A stretch of 64,000 nt of DNA from a virus (IMGVR_UViG_3300015608_005401:10686-74685), one strand, 5' to 3'. Numbered from the stretch's first letter, positions 30,851 to 40,055 are shown. The notes: a model not told the origin generated them from the letters alone. Numbers and translations: made by a program.

Positions 30851-31196
30851 CAGAATTTAACTACACTCCAAATTTGGGTAGCTTGATACCTGGTCCTCAG
30901 GGTCCAAGAATTATCAGAACAAAGGAAGAGATACAAACCAAATCTGAAGAAGAAAGAACTCTTTACTATCTAGGTGGTGAGCCTGATGAAAATAACAGTA
31001 GATTAACTATTGGGAAAAATATATTGTTAGAACTGCTGCATACTCTGAGACTGCTGATGTTGCAAGAGTTAGTGTATGGGTATGCTCTGATGATGAAAAT
31101 AAAGGTAAATTGTGTAGGATAAACTTAGATAATTTCTGTACCTTTGCAGAACTGCGTAATAAAAAAATCGACCAAATAATAAAATCAGACCTATAA
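30847..31196 (+). CDS. hypothetical protein with an apparent frameshift in the A-run at 31015-31019
   Basis: Continues in another frame as KYIVRTAAYSE...LRNKKIDQIIKSDL*. Confidence 0.55.
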
Positions 31197-31200
31197 AAAT

Positions 31201-31980
31201 ATGAAAAAAAACAAACCCGAAGTACTAGAACAAAATGAAAAAAACTTTGAAACAGAGCCAACTTTTGCTGATATATATAATATAAATTATTCTGATGCGC
31301 AAGCATCATTAACGGCAAAAAATGGCAATACTATTGAGGATGAATTAATGACTCCTCAAACAAAAAATGAACGGCAAATTATGGAATCGAAGGCGATTTT
31401 ATTCAGCGAACAAGAAAAAATCTTTAGAGAAAGAACGGGTAAGGATTTCTCTACACTCTACACAAAGTACTACCCAAAATTAGTTTATTTTACATCTAAA
31501 ATTACTAATGACCCTCAAAAAGCCGAGGATATCTCAACAGACTCATTTATGGCGGCTTTTGAAAAAATTGAGAAATATGAAAAAGAAAAATCTCAATTCT
31601 CTACCTGGCTATTTACTATAGCAAAAAACTTAGCACTTCAAGACCTTAAAAGCGAAAAGAAAACAATGTCATTAGATATTGAGTTTGACGATGAAGGTAC
31701 AACAATGAAGGATTTTATTCAAGAAGACGAGAACGACAATCACATTCATGAAATTCACGCAAAGAAAGCTGAAATTATGAAAAGACACATTTCAATGTTG
31801 AAAAGTCCATATCGTGATGTTATTGAAATGAGAGAGCTTAAAAAGATGTCATATAAAGATATATCTGATAAACTTAATCTCAACTTATCAACAGTGAAAT
31901 CTCAAATTAGAAATGGCAGAGCTATCTTAGTTCGCGAGACTAAGAAAGAGTTTGATGCTATCGATGAAATGCTAGGTTAA
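31201..31980 (+). CDS. ECF-type RNA polymerase sigma factor
   Basis: AEDISTDSF..FSTWLFTIAKN..; region 4 YRDVIEMRELKKMSYKDISDKLNLNLSTVKSQIRNGR. Confidence 0.88.
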   Translation: MKKNKPEVLEQNEKNFETEPTFADIYNINYSDAQASLTAKNGNTIEDELMTPQTKNERQIMESKAILFSEQEKIFRERTGKDFSTLYTKYYPKLVYFTSKITNDPQKAEDISTDSFMAAFEKIEKYEKEKSQFSTWLFTIAKNLALQDLKSEKKTMSLDIEFDDEGTTMKDFIQEDENDNHIHEIHAKKAEIMKRHISMLKSPYRDVIEMRELKKMSYKDISDKLNLNLSTVKSQIRNGRAILVRETKKEFDAIDEMLG

Positions 31981-31981
31981 T

Positions 31982-33286
31982 ATGAACATAGAATCTTTAG
32001 GAAGACAGGCTATAGATAGAATCAAATCTGAGTGGGGATTGCCATTACACGGCTTTGTAGCCGGTGGTTCCATTGCAAACATTGTTTGGGAAATGGTATC
32101 TGGTAACAAAGCTATTGTCAATGATATTGACATCTTTGTTTTTGATGGTATTGAAGAAGAGTTAGATAATGATTCTCATTCTCTTTTTAAGTACCAAGAA
32201 AAAGAAACAAAGTACTACGAAGATTATAATGGTATGAATTTTAATAATTATACCAAAGACTTCTACTCTATAGTTGAATCCGAAAGAGACGAAATGTTCA
32301 ATACTATTAAGTATAAATCAAATACGTCTGATCCATCTTTAATTATTAAATCATTTGATATCAACGCTACTCGTATTGGTTATGATATTGACAATGATAA
32401 ATTATACTGGACTTCTGAATTTGAAGACTTCTTAAAAACTGGTGAGTTAAAAGTTTCAAATTTAATGACTCCTTCACACACAGCACTTCGTATAGCTAAG
32501 AAATCAAAAGAATTAAATGCCAAACTTGATGAATTTGAATTCAAATTACTTCAATATGCTCTCTCATATAGATTTATTGATAGAATTAAATTGAGATTTA
32601 GAGAACGATATTTAGAAATGTGTAAGGAGTATAAACATATCCTTTCTAATTATTTTCAAATGTCGAGAGATTTAGAGGCAGAAGATTTTGTTTTCACAAA
32701 AACTGGTGAGAAAGTAGAACTTTACTATTTAGTTGCTAGAGATATAACAACTGAAGTAAAAGAGTTGGATGACTTTGAGAAAATTGTTTATAGCAATCTC
32801 CCTAAGATATTTGAAGATGATAATCTTAGTAGAATATTTAAATCAACTGATTTCTTATTTTATATGAGAAATATTTATGGTAAAGACCAAACTCTTAAAG
32901 ACATGTGGTCTAAGCTATATTACTTTTTTAATGATGTTCATTATGTTGATAGAGAGATAAGTAAAGAAGATATGGATTTATTGGAAAGATTTGGCAAGTA
33001 TGCACCTGGTTCAATTGAAAATCTAAAAGGGTTGAAGATATCTGAACAAATTGAGATCATCAAAAAGTTCTTAGAAACATTCAAAGAAGATCCACTTATT
33101 GCTATTTCTATATTAGAAAGTGTTAAAGTAGATAAAAATATAGTTTTAGATGAACAAACCATGTTATTATTAGAACTTTCTGTTAGAAAAAAAATAATTA
33201 ATGATACTCGTGGTAAAGTCAATAAAATACTTAATATTGAACAAGTAGTAGATAAGAATAATAATAGTGATATTTGGATGTTTTAA
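31982..33286 (+). CDS. class II nucleotidyltransferase-like (CCA-adding / poly(A) polymerase head domain)
   Basis: FVAGGSIAN...NDIDIF (GG..DxD) and SFDINA resembling the RDFTINA motif. Confidence 0.5.
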   Translation: MNIESLGRQAIDRIKSEWGLPLHGFVAGGSIANIVWEMVSGNKAIVNDIDIFVFDGIEEELDNDSHSLFKYQEKETKYYEDYNGMNFNNYTKDFYSIVESERDEMFNTIKYKSNTSDPSLIIKSFDINATRIGYDIDNDKLYWTSEFEDFLKTGELKVSNLMTPSHTALRIAKKSKELNAKLDEFEFKLLQYALSYRFIDRIKLRFRERYLEMCKEYKHILSNYFQMSRDLEAEDFVFTKTGEKVELYYLVARDITTEVKELDDFEKIVYSNLPKIFEDDNLSRIFKSTDFLFYMRNIYGKDQTLKDMWSKLYYFFNDVHYVDREISKEDMDLLERFGKYAPGSIENLKGLKISEQIEIIKKFLETFKEDPLIAISILESVKVDKNIVLDEQTMLLLELSVRKKIINDTRGKVNKILNIEQVVDKNNNSDIWMF

Positions 33287-33331
33287 ACTTTCCTAATATA
33301 TCCAATATAAAATAAAAAATAATAGAAAATT

Positions 33332-33655
33332 ATGGTAGCATATATTACTGAATTAAACGAGACCAACTATGATGACTTTGTAAGTGAAGGAGTTGTTCTT
33401 GTTGATGTTTGGGCGGCTTGGTGTGGTCCTTGTAAAGCAATTTCACCAATTATTGATCAAATCTCAGAAGAATATAAAGACAAGATTAAAGTAGGTAAAT
33501 GTGACGCTGATGCTAATAGAGATAAAGTAATGTCATTAGGTGTTAGAAATATACCAACATTATTTCTTTATAAAGACGGTCAAATCATTGATCAAATGAG
33601 CGGTGGAGGTAGTAAGAGTAAATTTACTGATTTTATCGATAAGCATTTATCATAA
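33332..33655 (+). CDS. trxA: thioredoxin
   Basis: WAAWCGPCK active site, IPTL cis-Pro loop. Confidence 0.93.
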   Translation: MVAYITELNETNYDDFVSEGVVLVDVWAAWCGPCKAISPIIDQISEEYKDKIKVGKCDADANRDKVMSLGVRNIPTLFLYKDGQIIDQMSGGGSKSKFTDFIDKHLS

Positions 33656-33776
33656 TGATTGATATTAAAGAATTGTTTGACTTAGTTAGGCAATCCGATA
33701 TTACACTTATTGGTTACACTTTCAGAAATGAAAGAATTAAAGACAAGTTTATTTCCAATTTTAATTTATTTGCAGA

Positions 33777-34211
33777 ATGAAAATTACAACAAATAGAAAA
33801 GCTTATTATGAATACTTTGTGTTGGAAGACTTCGACGCAGGTATGGTTCTATTGGGCAATGAAGTTAAATCAATTCGTGAGGGTAATGTAACCATCACTG
33901 ATTGTTTTGCTTATATAGCAAGTGGTGAAATATTCTTAAAGAATATGAAGGTAGCCAGATATAAACAAACTCATATGGCAGAAAAACATGATGAAAATCG
34001 TGATAAGAAACTATTGCTAAATAGAAAAGAAATAGACAGAATTGAAAAGTTGCTTCAAGATAAAGGAACAACTATGGTTCCTCTTGAGATATTCACAGCA
34101 CACAATAGAATTAAAGTTAAAATTGGAGTAGTAAAGGGTAAAAAACTTTACGACAAAAGAGAAACTATTAAAAAAAGAGATATGGATCGTGAGATCCGTC
34201 GTAGTATGTAA
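33777..34211 (+). CDS. smpB: SsrA-binding protein SmpB
   Basis: NRKAYYEY, AGMVLLGNEVKSIR, RDKKLLLNRKEI, KGKKLYDKRETIKKRD. Confidence 0.95.
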   Translation: MKITTNRKAYYEYFVLEDFDAGMVLLGNEVKSIREGNVTITDCFAYIASGEIFLKNMKVARYKQTHMAEKHDENRDKKLLLNRKEIDRIEKLLQDKGTTMVPLEIFTAHNRIKVKIGVVKGKKLYDKRETIKKRDMDREIRRSM

Positions 34212-34212
34212 C

Positions 34213-34581
34213 ATGGCTCGTAAGACAAAGAACGATGAAAAGGTTTTAGAAGACCTTAGAAACTCAAATACAGAAGAGGATATACTTAAAAACCTCGTAA
34301 AAATAGTAAAGGGTTTTGACCAAGAAAAATATAAAGAGATTATATATTCTAATCCTTTTTATAAATCACTTATTCCTGATATTCAAAAAGAAGTTATTAA
34401 CGATCTTGAAACGATTGCTAAATCAATTCACGAAGAAATACTAACAATTGAGTCAGATTTAAAGAAAATTGGAAGTAAGGATTCTGAAAAACAGTTAAAG
34501 TCTTTAAAGAAAGATTGTTTATCATTGATTTATGAGATAGATGCTCGTAAAAAAGAGGTAAGTATGTTATCTCAATATTGA
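34213..34581 (+). CDS. hypothetical coiled-coil protein
   Basis: Likely start MARKTKNDE. Confidence 0.55.
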   Translation: MARKTKNDEKVLEDLRNSNTEEDILKNLVKIVKGFDQEKYKEIIYSNPFYKSLIPDIQKEVINDLETIAKSIHEEILTIESDLKKIGSKDSEKQLKSLKKDCLSLIYEIDARKKEVSMLSQY

Positions 34582-36440
34582 TTGAACATATCTTTCAATC
34601 TGTTTAGTTTTTTTAATATCTTCTAAAATATCATTATTTCTTCTTTCGGAGTAATCGTTTATCCAATACTGAACATCACTTGTATAATGAAAATCATTTA
34701 AGACACTTCTAGTGTATCCGCTAAATTGAAATTCTTTTTCACCAACTAAACTTCTGATAGATTTCAATTTAGTAACTATCATTTTTAAATCTTCAATAGT
34801 TTGAACATTTTGTGAAAGTAGATAATCTTTAATCTTTTTACCAATTTCTATAAATAGATTGAATAGTTCTATAACCAATTCCAATCCACTATTATTTATA
34901 TATCTAAGACATTCTGTATATGTCTTTCTATAGTCTTCGGAGTAATCATTTAATGATTTAAATGAACTGACTATTCTTGATAAGTAATGCTCTTTATCTT
35001 CTTTCAATTCTGTTCTTATCATATCATAAAGATAACCAGATATGTTTTCTAAATAGTCAAAACTTGGTCTGCTTTTGTATATAGATATAAATCCAAATTC
35101 ATTACATATAGACTTTAGTATTAACTTTTGAAGATTTTTTAGTTCTTCAATGTCTGTCGTGATTCCCATTTTACCTACTACTGCAAACAATATGGATAAT
35201 ACACTATCCCGTATAGTATATACCAGTTGTAATGTTTCTTCTATACCAAGCTCAACATTACAAACACCACTACCTGTAGAATATTCTACTCCGGGATTAT
35301 ATAATATTTATTTAGCCATTGATGAAGGCTTACCAACAATGAAAGTTGATTGTAAGTTAGTACGTGTCTTACCAAAACCTTACATTGAAATTAATAATGA
35401 TACCCTAAAGCAGTTAAATACCTTTCAATATTCATTCTTCTAATTGTATCATCAGATAAAAATTTACTAGCTCCTTCTTTTGACTCTTTTCTTTCTTTAT
35501 TTATTGATGAAACTGTTTTTAATTTAAATAGGTCTTCCAATATTAAAACAACAGCAAAGTCAGCTCTTTTCAAATCCTCATAACTATTAATGGACCAATC
35601 ATAATTAAACCAGTTACCAACTTGAAATCTTGAATTTGTTGGTAAATTATAATCTAATGGGTTTTCCTCACCTTCTTCTTTAATTGTTTTTTGATATCCT
35701 TCTACAGTAAGAGGTTCTTCTGATGGTGTGTAAATATATAGTTTATGATGATCATCTCCGGGAGAATGTACGCTATTCAATGACCAAGAATCTGAAAATC
35801 TACGAGGTCCAAAAGATTCATCATTTCTCCAGTCTGTCCAGTTTTCACCATCTATGTCATTATCAGATGATCCACCTGAGGCAACATTTTGTATGGCATA
35901 TGCATAATCACCATCTCTCCATATTTTAGCTAAGCCTAATCTTGATAAATCTTCCCCATCATCAGAGAAAACACCTATAACAAATGAACCATGTTTCAAA
36001 TCTGTATCATAGTTTTTAACAGGTGTTAAATTTCCAGTTTTTATTCCTAGATTATTCTTGATATAATCAACTTCTTCATCACTATATTTCTCGCCATAAC
36101 TTCCTCTTCTTTTACGTTCCTCAAACTTATACACTTGGTTACCGGTTGATGTAAATCCAATGTAACCTTCATTTAATGAAAACCAAAATTTAAGACAATA
36201 AATTCCTCTTGGATTTTCAGAATCTTTATCACTTCTTAATTTTAAGGCTTGATTTCTATTTAAGTATTTAATGTCCTTATCACTGATTTTGCTGATAGGA
36301 ATATCTAGTTGTTCTTGTAATTTCAATAATCTGCTACGAAATCTATTAACAGAATCTTTATCTACTTTATTACTAAGATACTTAATCGCTTTAGATAGTG
36401 CTGTTGATTCAAATGCTTCGTATAACTTTAAATACTTCAT
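34567..36440 (-). pseudogene. capsid-targeting-like N-terminus protein split by an opposite-strand insert of about 227 bp
   Basis: MKYLKLYEAFES...IERYLTAL (to about 35405) resumes as VGKMGITTD (from about 35178). Confidence 0.5.
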
Positions 36441-36499
36441 AAACTATATATTAAAAATTATTTGGCAAATTAAAACTTTGTTACTATCTTTGTATAAGA

Positions 36500-36895
36500 A
36501 TTAACCAAGTCATTGAGACAACAGTCCTAAAAGGATAAGTCGAAAGACCTCACAAAATATGATAAGAAAAAAGTGTGAGTCTCAATGAAATTATGGTAGT
36601 AAGTAACTGTCAAATAATTTAACACCCTTGTTAAAAAACAGTGAACTACCTTGTATAATATATTAATAATGATATAGTAAGGGTGTAGATATCAAAATTG
36701 TGTTGGTGATAGATATCTCAAATAACTAATGATTAAATCCAACTCAAAGAAGATATTACCCGAGCAGAATGGTAACACTGCTCAACCAAGGCGATGAGCC
36801 ATTAAAAGGTAATCCTAAGTGATGAGGTCACTAAAAGTCAAGTTCCAGAGGTTCTCGGATTCCAACCATACTTGACAGGCGTTCCAAAGTCTTCT
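36500..36895 (+). ncRNA. candidate large structured ncRNA
   Basis: ORF-free, follows a TATCTTTG promoter, many long-range helices, a GAAA tetraloop and a possible pseudoknot. Confidence 0.55.
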
Positions 36896-36926
36896 TTTTA
36901 TTTAGAAATTATTAAAAACAAAGTAT

Positions 36927-37331
36927 ATGACACTGAAAGAAAAAATTAATGCAGACTTTATAACAGCTCTTAAATCAAAGAACGCTGTTGCTAAAAGCAT
37001 ACTTTCCGTTGTGAAAGGTGAAATTCAAACCGTTGAAAAGAATGTAGGTTCTGATAATCTTTCAGACGTTGAAGTAACTAAGATTTTAACAAAAACTGTT
37101 AAGTCTCTTAAAGAAACTATTTCAATGGCTAATGACGAAAAGTCTAAACTTGAATTGGCTATTGTTGAAGTATATCTTCCAAAGCAAATGTCTAAAGAAG
37201 AAGTTACTGCTAAAGTAACTGAACTTGTAAATTCTGGTATCACACAAATTGGTGCTATAATGAAAGAGTTTGCAACACTTCCAGCTGATAAAAAAATGGT
37301 TTCAGAAACTATTAAAGAAGTTGTCAAATAA
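36927..37331 (+). CDS. GatB/YqeY domain protein
   Basis: LKEKINADFITALKSK..ILSVVKGEI..ELAIVEVYLPKQMSKEE. Confidence 0.85.
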   Translation: MTLKEKINADFITALKSKNAVAKSILSVVKGEIQTVEKNVGSDNLSDVEVTKILTKTVKSLKETISMANDEKSKLELAIVEVYLPKQMSKEEVTAKVTELVNSGITQIGAIMKEFATLPADKKMVSETIKEVVK

Positions 37332-37367
37332 TTTGGCAACTTCTAATTTTCTCCTTATCTTTGTTTT

Positions 37368-37619
37368 ATGGAAGAGAAAAAAATTAGAAACATTTTATTT
37401 GCAATCTGTATAGTATTTTCAGCTTTTGCATTTTATAATTTATATTCAAGTAAAAATTATAAACTAACTGTTTGTAACGGCTCTGGATTAAATTATATGG
37501 AAACATTTATCTACTGTGATTCATTTGAAATGATATCTACTAAGGAAGTTAAATTCTGGGTTGATGGTAAAGAACAAACAGTATTAGCAACAGACTGTAT
37601 AAGAGTAGAAACAAACTAA
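37368..37619 (+). CDS. small membrane-anchored hypothetical protein
   Basis: N-terminal TM helix; TATCTTTG promoter upstream. Confidence 0.6.
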   Translation: MEEKKIRNILFAICIVFSAFAFYNLYSSKNYKLTVCNGSGLNYMETFIYCDSFEMISTKEVKFWVDGKEQTVLATDCIRVETN

Positions 37620-37640
37620 AAATAAAAAAATAAAAAAAAA

Positions 37641-37723
37641 TTAGGTAGATTTAAAACTTCTTTCTATATTTGTATAAAATAATACAGAAAATAACAAAAG
37701 GAACAAAAACTTTTTAATATATA
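37641..37723 (+). promoter_or_regulatory. tandem Bacteroidota sigma-type (TTAGG..TATATTTG) and TTAATATATA promoters of tRNA operon 1
   Basis: -7 box at 37665-37672; TTAATATATA at 37714-37723. Confidence 0.7.
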
Positions 37724-37729
37724 ATAACA

Positions 37730-37828
37730 ATGAGAACAAATCGCACACATAAACATTTTAGTAAATCGAATAAGTGGTTTAGAAACCAGTTCGGTACTGA
37801 AAGTGTATTGCTCTCAAATAAGATGTAA
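37730..37828 (+). CDS. attenuator leader peptide L1 (MRTNRTHKHFSKSNKWFRNQFGTESVLLSNKM)
   Basis: Codons 7-17 are 8/11 His/Lys/Phe/Trp, matching the downstream tRNAs. Confidence 0.8.
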   Translation: MRTNRTHKHFSKSNKWFRNQFGTESVLLSNKM

Positions 37829-37857
37829 CAAATCTATATTTATACAAGACAATATTC

Positions 37858-37896
37858 AAAGTCCGAACTTAAAAAAAGTTCGGACTTTTTTGTTTT
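37858..37896 (+). terminator. attenuator terminator T1
   Basis: AAAGTCCGAACTT-AAAAA-AAGTTCGGACTTT then TTTGTTTT. Confidence 0.9.
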
Positions 37897-37900
37897 ATAT

Positions 37901-37986
37901 GGTGTCGTTAGTGTCAGCGGTGAGTCTTCGGACGAGCATATGGCTCTGTGAAAGCCAAGGGACGGGTTCAAATCCCGTACGACACC
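37901..37986 (+). tRNA. tRNA-His(GTG) with an extra D-loop hairpin
   Basis: G-1:C73, loop CTGTGAA, GTC-TTCG-GAC inside the D-loop. Confidence 0.85.
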
Positions 37987-38044
37987 CCTTGATTTTTTTT
38001 GACTTTTGATTTTAATATATAAAGAAATCAAAAGTCAAAAAAAA

Positions 38045-38686
38045 ATGAAAAAAGAAAAAGTAAGGTATTACTTCTTATATAAGACTACCAATAAAATGAA
38101 TGGTAAATTTTATATAGGAGTACATAGTACAATAAAAATGAATGATGGGTATTTAGGATCCGGTAAAAGACTTAGATACTCGATGAGAAAATATGGAAAG
38201 GAGAATTTTGAAATAGATATATTAGAATTTTTCAATAGTAGAGAACTTATGTTTGAAGCTGAGAGAAACCTTGTTAATACTGATTTAATTAAAAATGAAT
38301 TATGTATGAATTTAAAAGAAGGTGGTATTGGTGGGTGGACAAAAGAACAACAAATAGAGAATGCTAATAGATCTAATATTAAAAAGAAAGAATTGAGAGA
38401 TAATAATCCAGAATGGAGAGGGCTTGAAAAGATAAGAAATTCAGAAAATATGAGAAAATCATATGAGAGAGGAGATAGAGAAAAAAAGCAACCTATGGAT
38501 TGGACTGGTAAAAGACATAAAAGGGAGACTATTCAGAAAATGAAAAAATCCAAAAATGTTGGTAAATTAAACTCTCAATATGGTACAAAGTGGATTAATA
38601 AAGATGGTATTATTAAAAAAATAAAAGAAAATGAACTTGAATATTATCTGAACAATGGATGGATTCAAGGTAGAAAAGGAACCTAA
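38045..38686 (+). CDS. GIY-YIG (Seg-like) homing endonuclease
   Basis: LYKTTNKMNGKFYIGVH..GYLGSG; HKRETIQKM NUMOD3-like; stop codon overlaps tRNA-Phe. Confidence 0.85.
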   Translation: MKKEKVRYYFLYKTTNKMNGKFYIGVHSTIKMNDGYLGSGKRLRYSMRKYGKENFEIDILEFFNSRELMFEAERNLVNTDLIKNELCMNLKEGGIGGWTKEQQIENANRSNIKKKELRDNNPEWRGLEKIRNSENMRKSYERGDREKKQPMDWTGKRHKRETIQKMKKSKNVGKLNSQYGTKWINKDGIIKKIKENELEYYLNNGWIQGRKGT

Positions 38687-38753
38687 GCTAATCAGGTGAA
38701 AGCACTGGACTGAAAATCCAGGGAGCCCGGATCGTTACCGGGAGGTTCCACCA
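38678..38753 (+). tRNA. tRNA-Phe(GAA)
   Basis: GGAACCT/AGGTTCC stem, loop CTGAAAA, encoded CCA. Confidence 0.9.
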
Positions 38754-38762
38754 AAAAAAAAT

Positions 38763-38836
38763 GGTGATTGTAGCTCAATCGGTAGAGCGCAGGTTTGTGG
38801 AGCCGAGGGTCGGGATTTCGAAATTCCTCGTTCACC
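38763..38836 (+). tRNA. tRNA-His(GTG), weak anticodon stem
   Basis: G-1:C73, loop TTGTGGA, mismatches in the anticodon stem. Confidence 0.65.
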
Positions 38837-38843
38837 CAAAAAA

Positions 38844-38913
38844 GAGGGGATAACATAATGGTAGTGTACCGGGCGGAAAACCGGTAGTGTTAGTTCGATT
38901 CTAGCTCCCTTCA
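38844..38913 (+). tRNA. Phe-like tRNA with an 8-nt anticodon loop (GCGGAAAA)
   Basis: GAGGGGA/TCCCTTC stem; D and T arms intact. Confidence 0.55.
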
Positions 38914-38921
38914 CTACAAAT

Positions 38922-39005
38922 GTGGCAGTAGCTGAGACGGTGGCGTAAGCCTGTAGCGCTTGGTTTGAAAAACCAGAGACATCGGTTCGAATCCGATCTG
39001 TCACA
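38922..39005 (+). tRNA. tRNA-Phe(GAA) with an extra D-loop hairpin
   Basis: GTGGCAG/CTGTCAC stem, loop TTGAAAA, GGC-GTAA-GCC in the D-loop. Confidence 0.8.
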
Positions 39006-39011
39006 CAAAAT

Positions 39012-39093
39012 ACAGGTACTCATTGGTGTGACCAGCCGGCTCCAACCCGGTAATTCGTAAGAGTGGCTAAGAGTTCGAGTCTCTTTACCTGTG
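39012..39093 (+). tRNA. tRNA-Trp(CCA) with a long variable arm
   Basis: ACAGGTA/TACCTGT stem, G73, loop CTCCAAC, ATTC-GTAA-GAGT variable hairpin. Confidence 0.7.
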
Positions 39094-39101
39094 CTAAAAA
39101 T

Positions 39102-39172
39102 ACATCTGTGGTGAAATGGTATCATTTTTGTCTCCAAAACAAAAGTTCTTGGTTCGAGCCCAGGCAGGTGTG
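39102..39172 (+). tRNA. tRNA-Trp(CCA)
   Basis: ACATCTG/CAGGTGT stem, G73, loop CTCCAAA. Confidence 0.88.
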
Positions 39173-39226
39173 CTAAAAAGGTATGGAGAGGTTCAACTTT
39201 TTAATATATAAAATAAAAACTTATAT

Positions 39227-39895
39227 ATGAAAATTTTAGATAACCTTGATATATCTGATATTCAGAGAAAACTGAATGAGTCTAAATCATTTAGAGAGTT
39301 TCTATTAAAAATAGGATCTTCATCTAATGGGTCTGGTTCATACAAATCTATTAAGAATCAATTAATTAAATTAGGAGTTATAATTCCTGAGTTTAATTAT
39401 GAGAATAAAAATAAAATTAGTAAAAAAATTGATGATGTTGATGTTTTTATAAAAGGTTCTTTTTATAGTAGACAAAGATTAAAAGAAAGAATTATTAAAA
39501 ATAAACTAATTGATTACAGATGTGAGGAATGTGGAAATGATGGCGATTGGAATGGTAAAAATCTAAGCTTACATCTTGAACACAAAAATGGAGTTAATGA
39601 TGATAATAGATTAGAAAATCTAACATTCTTATGTCCAAATTGTCACTCACAGACCGAAACTTATAGTGGTAAAAATAGGAAGAAAAAAGAAAAAAGAAAG
39701 TGTGAGTGTGGTAGAGAAATATTCAAAACAAGTAAAATGTGTTTAGATTGTAACTCTATAAAAAATAGAAAAGTTGAAAGACCGTCAATTGAAAAACTAA
39801 AAGAAGAAGTTGTTGAGTTTGGATATAAAGCTATTGGTAGAAAGTATGGTGTTAGTGATAACACAATTAGAAAATGGATTAAAATAAAAAAGTAA
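39227..39895 (+). CDS. HNH homing endonuclease
   Basis: CEECG..LHLEHKNGVNDDNRLENLTFLCPNCHSQT; C-terminal HTH YKAIGRKYGVSDNTIRKW. Confidence 0.88.
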   Translation: MKILDNLDISDIQRKLNESKSFREFLLKIGSSSNGSGSYKSIKNQLIKLGVIIPEFNYENKNKISKKIDDVDVFIKGSFYSRQRLKERIIKNKLIDYRCEECGNDGDWNGKNLSLHLEHKNGVNDDNRLENLTFLCPNCHSQTETYSGKNRKKKEKRKCECGREIFKTSKMCLDCNSIKNRKVERPSIEKLKEEVVEFGYKAIGRKYGVSDNTIRKWIKIKK

Positions 39896-39982
39896 AAATT
39901 AGATTAAGAAAATGAAAAGTAAGTTGAAATATAAACGCTAGGCAACGACCAATTGAGAGGGGTCGTTGCCATTAAAAACAAT

Positions 39983-40055
39983 GATTCCGTAGCTCAATTG
40001 GTGGAGCTTCCGGCTTTTAACCGGAAGGATGTGGGTTCAAGTCCCACCGGGATCA
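39983..40055 (+). tRNA. tRNA-Lys(TTT)
   Basis: Loop CTTTTAA, canonical cloverleaf. Confidence 0.92.

Noticed and set aside
31012-31020. Programmed -1 frameshift at GGGAAAAAT
   Set aside because: The heptamer is not in the X XXY YYZ phase of the reading frame; a homopolymer indel is simpler, as at about 12573
36500-36895. tmRNA partner for SmpB, RNase P RNA or a group I intron
   Set aside because: No tRNA-Ala-like ends or tag ORF, no recognisable RNase P conserved motifs, no P/Q/R/S core and no interrupted exon
37730-37896. T-box riboswitch as the leader mechanism
   Set aside because: No AG/GA loop motifs or TGGnACC T-box bulge in any of the five leaders; intact ORFs with clustered codons fit ribosome-mediated attenuation better
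38735-39137. Minus-strand ORFs 38735-39004 and 38901-39137 (likewise 42392-42679, 42402-42599, 56675-57094)
   Set aside because: Antisense shadows of tRNA clusters
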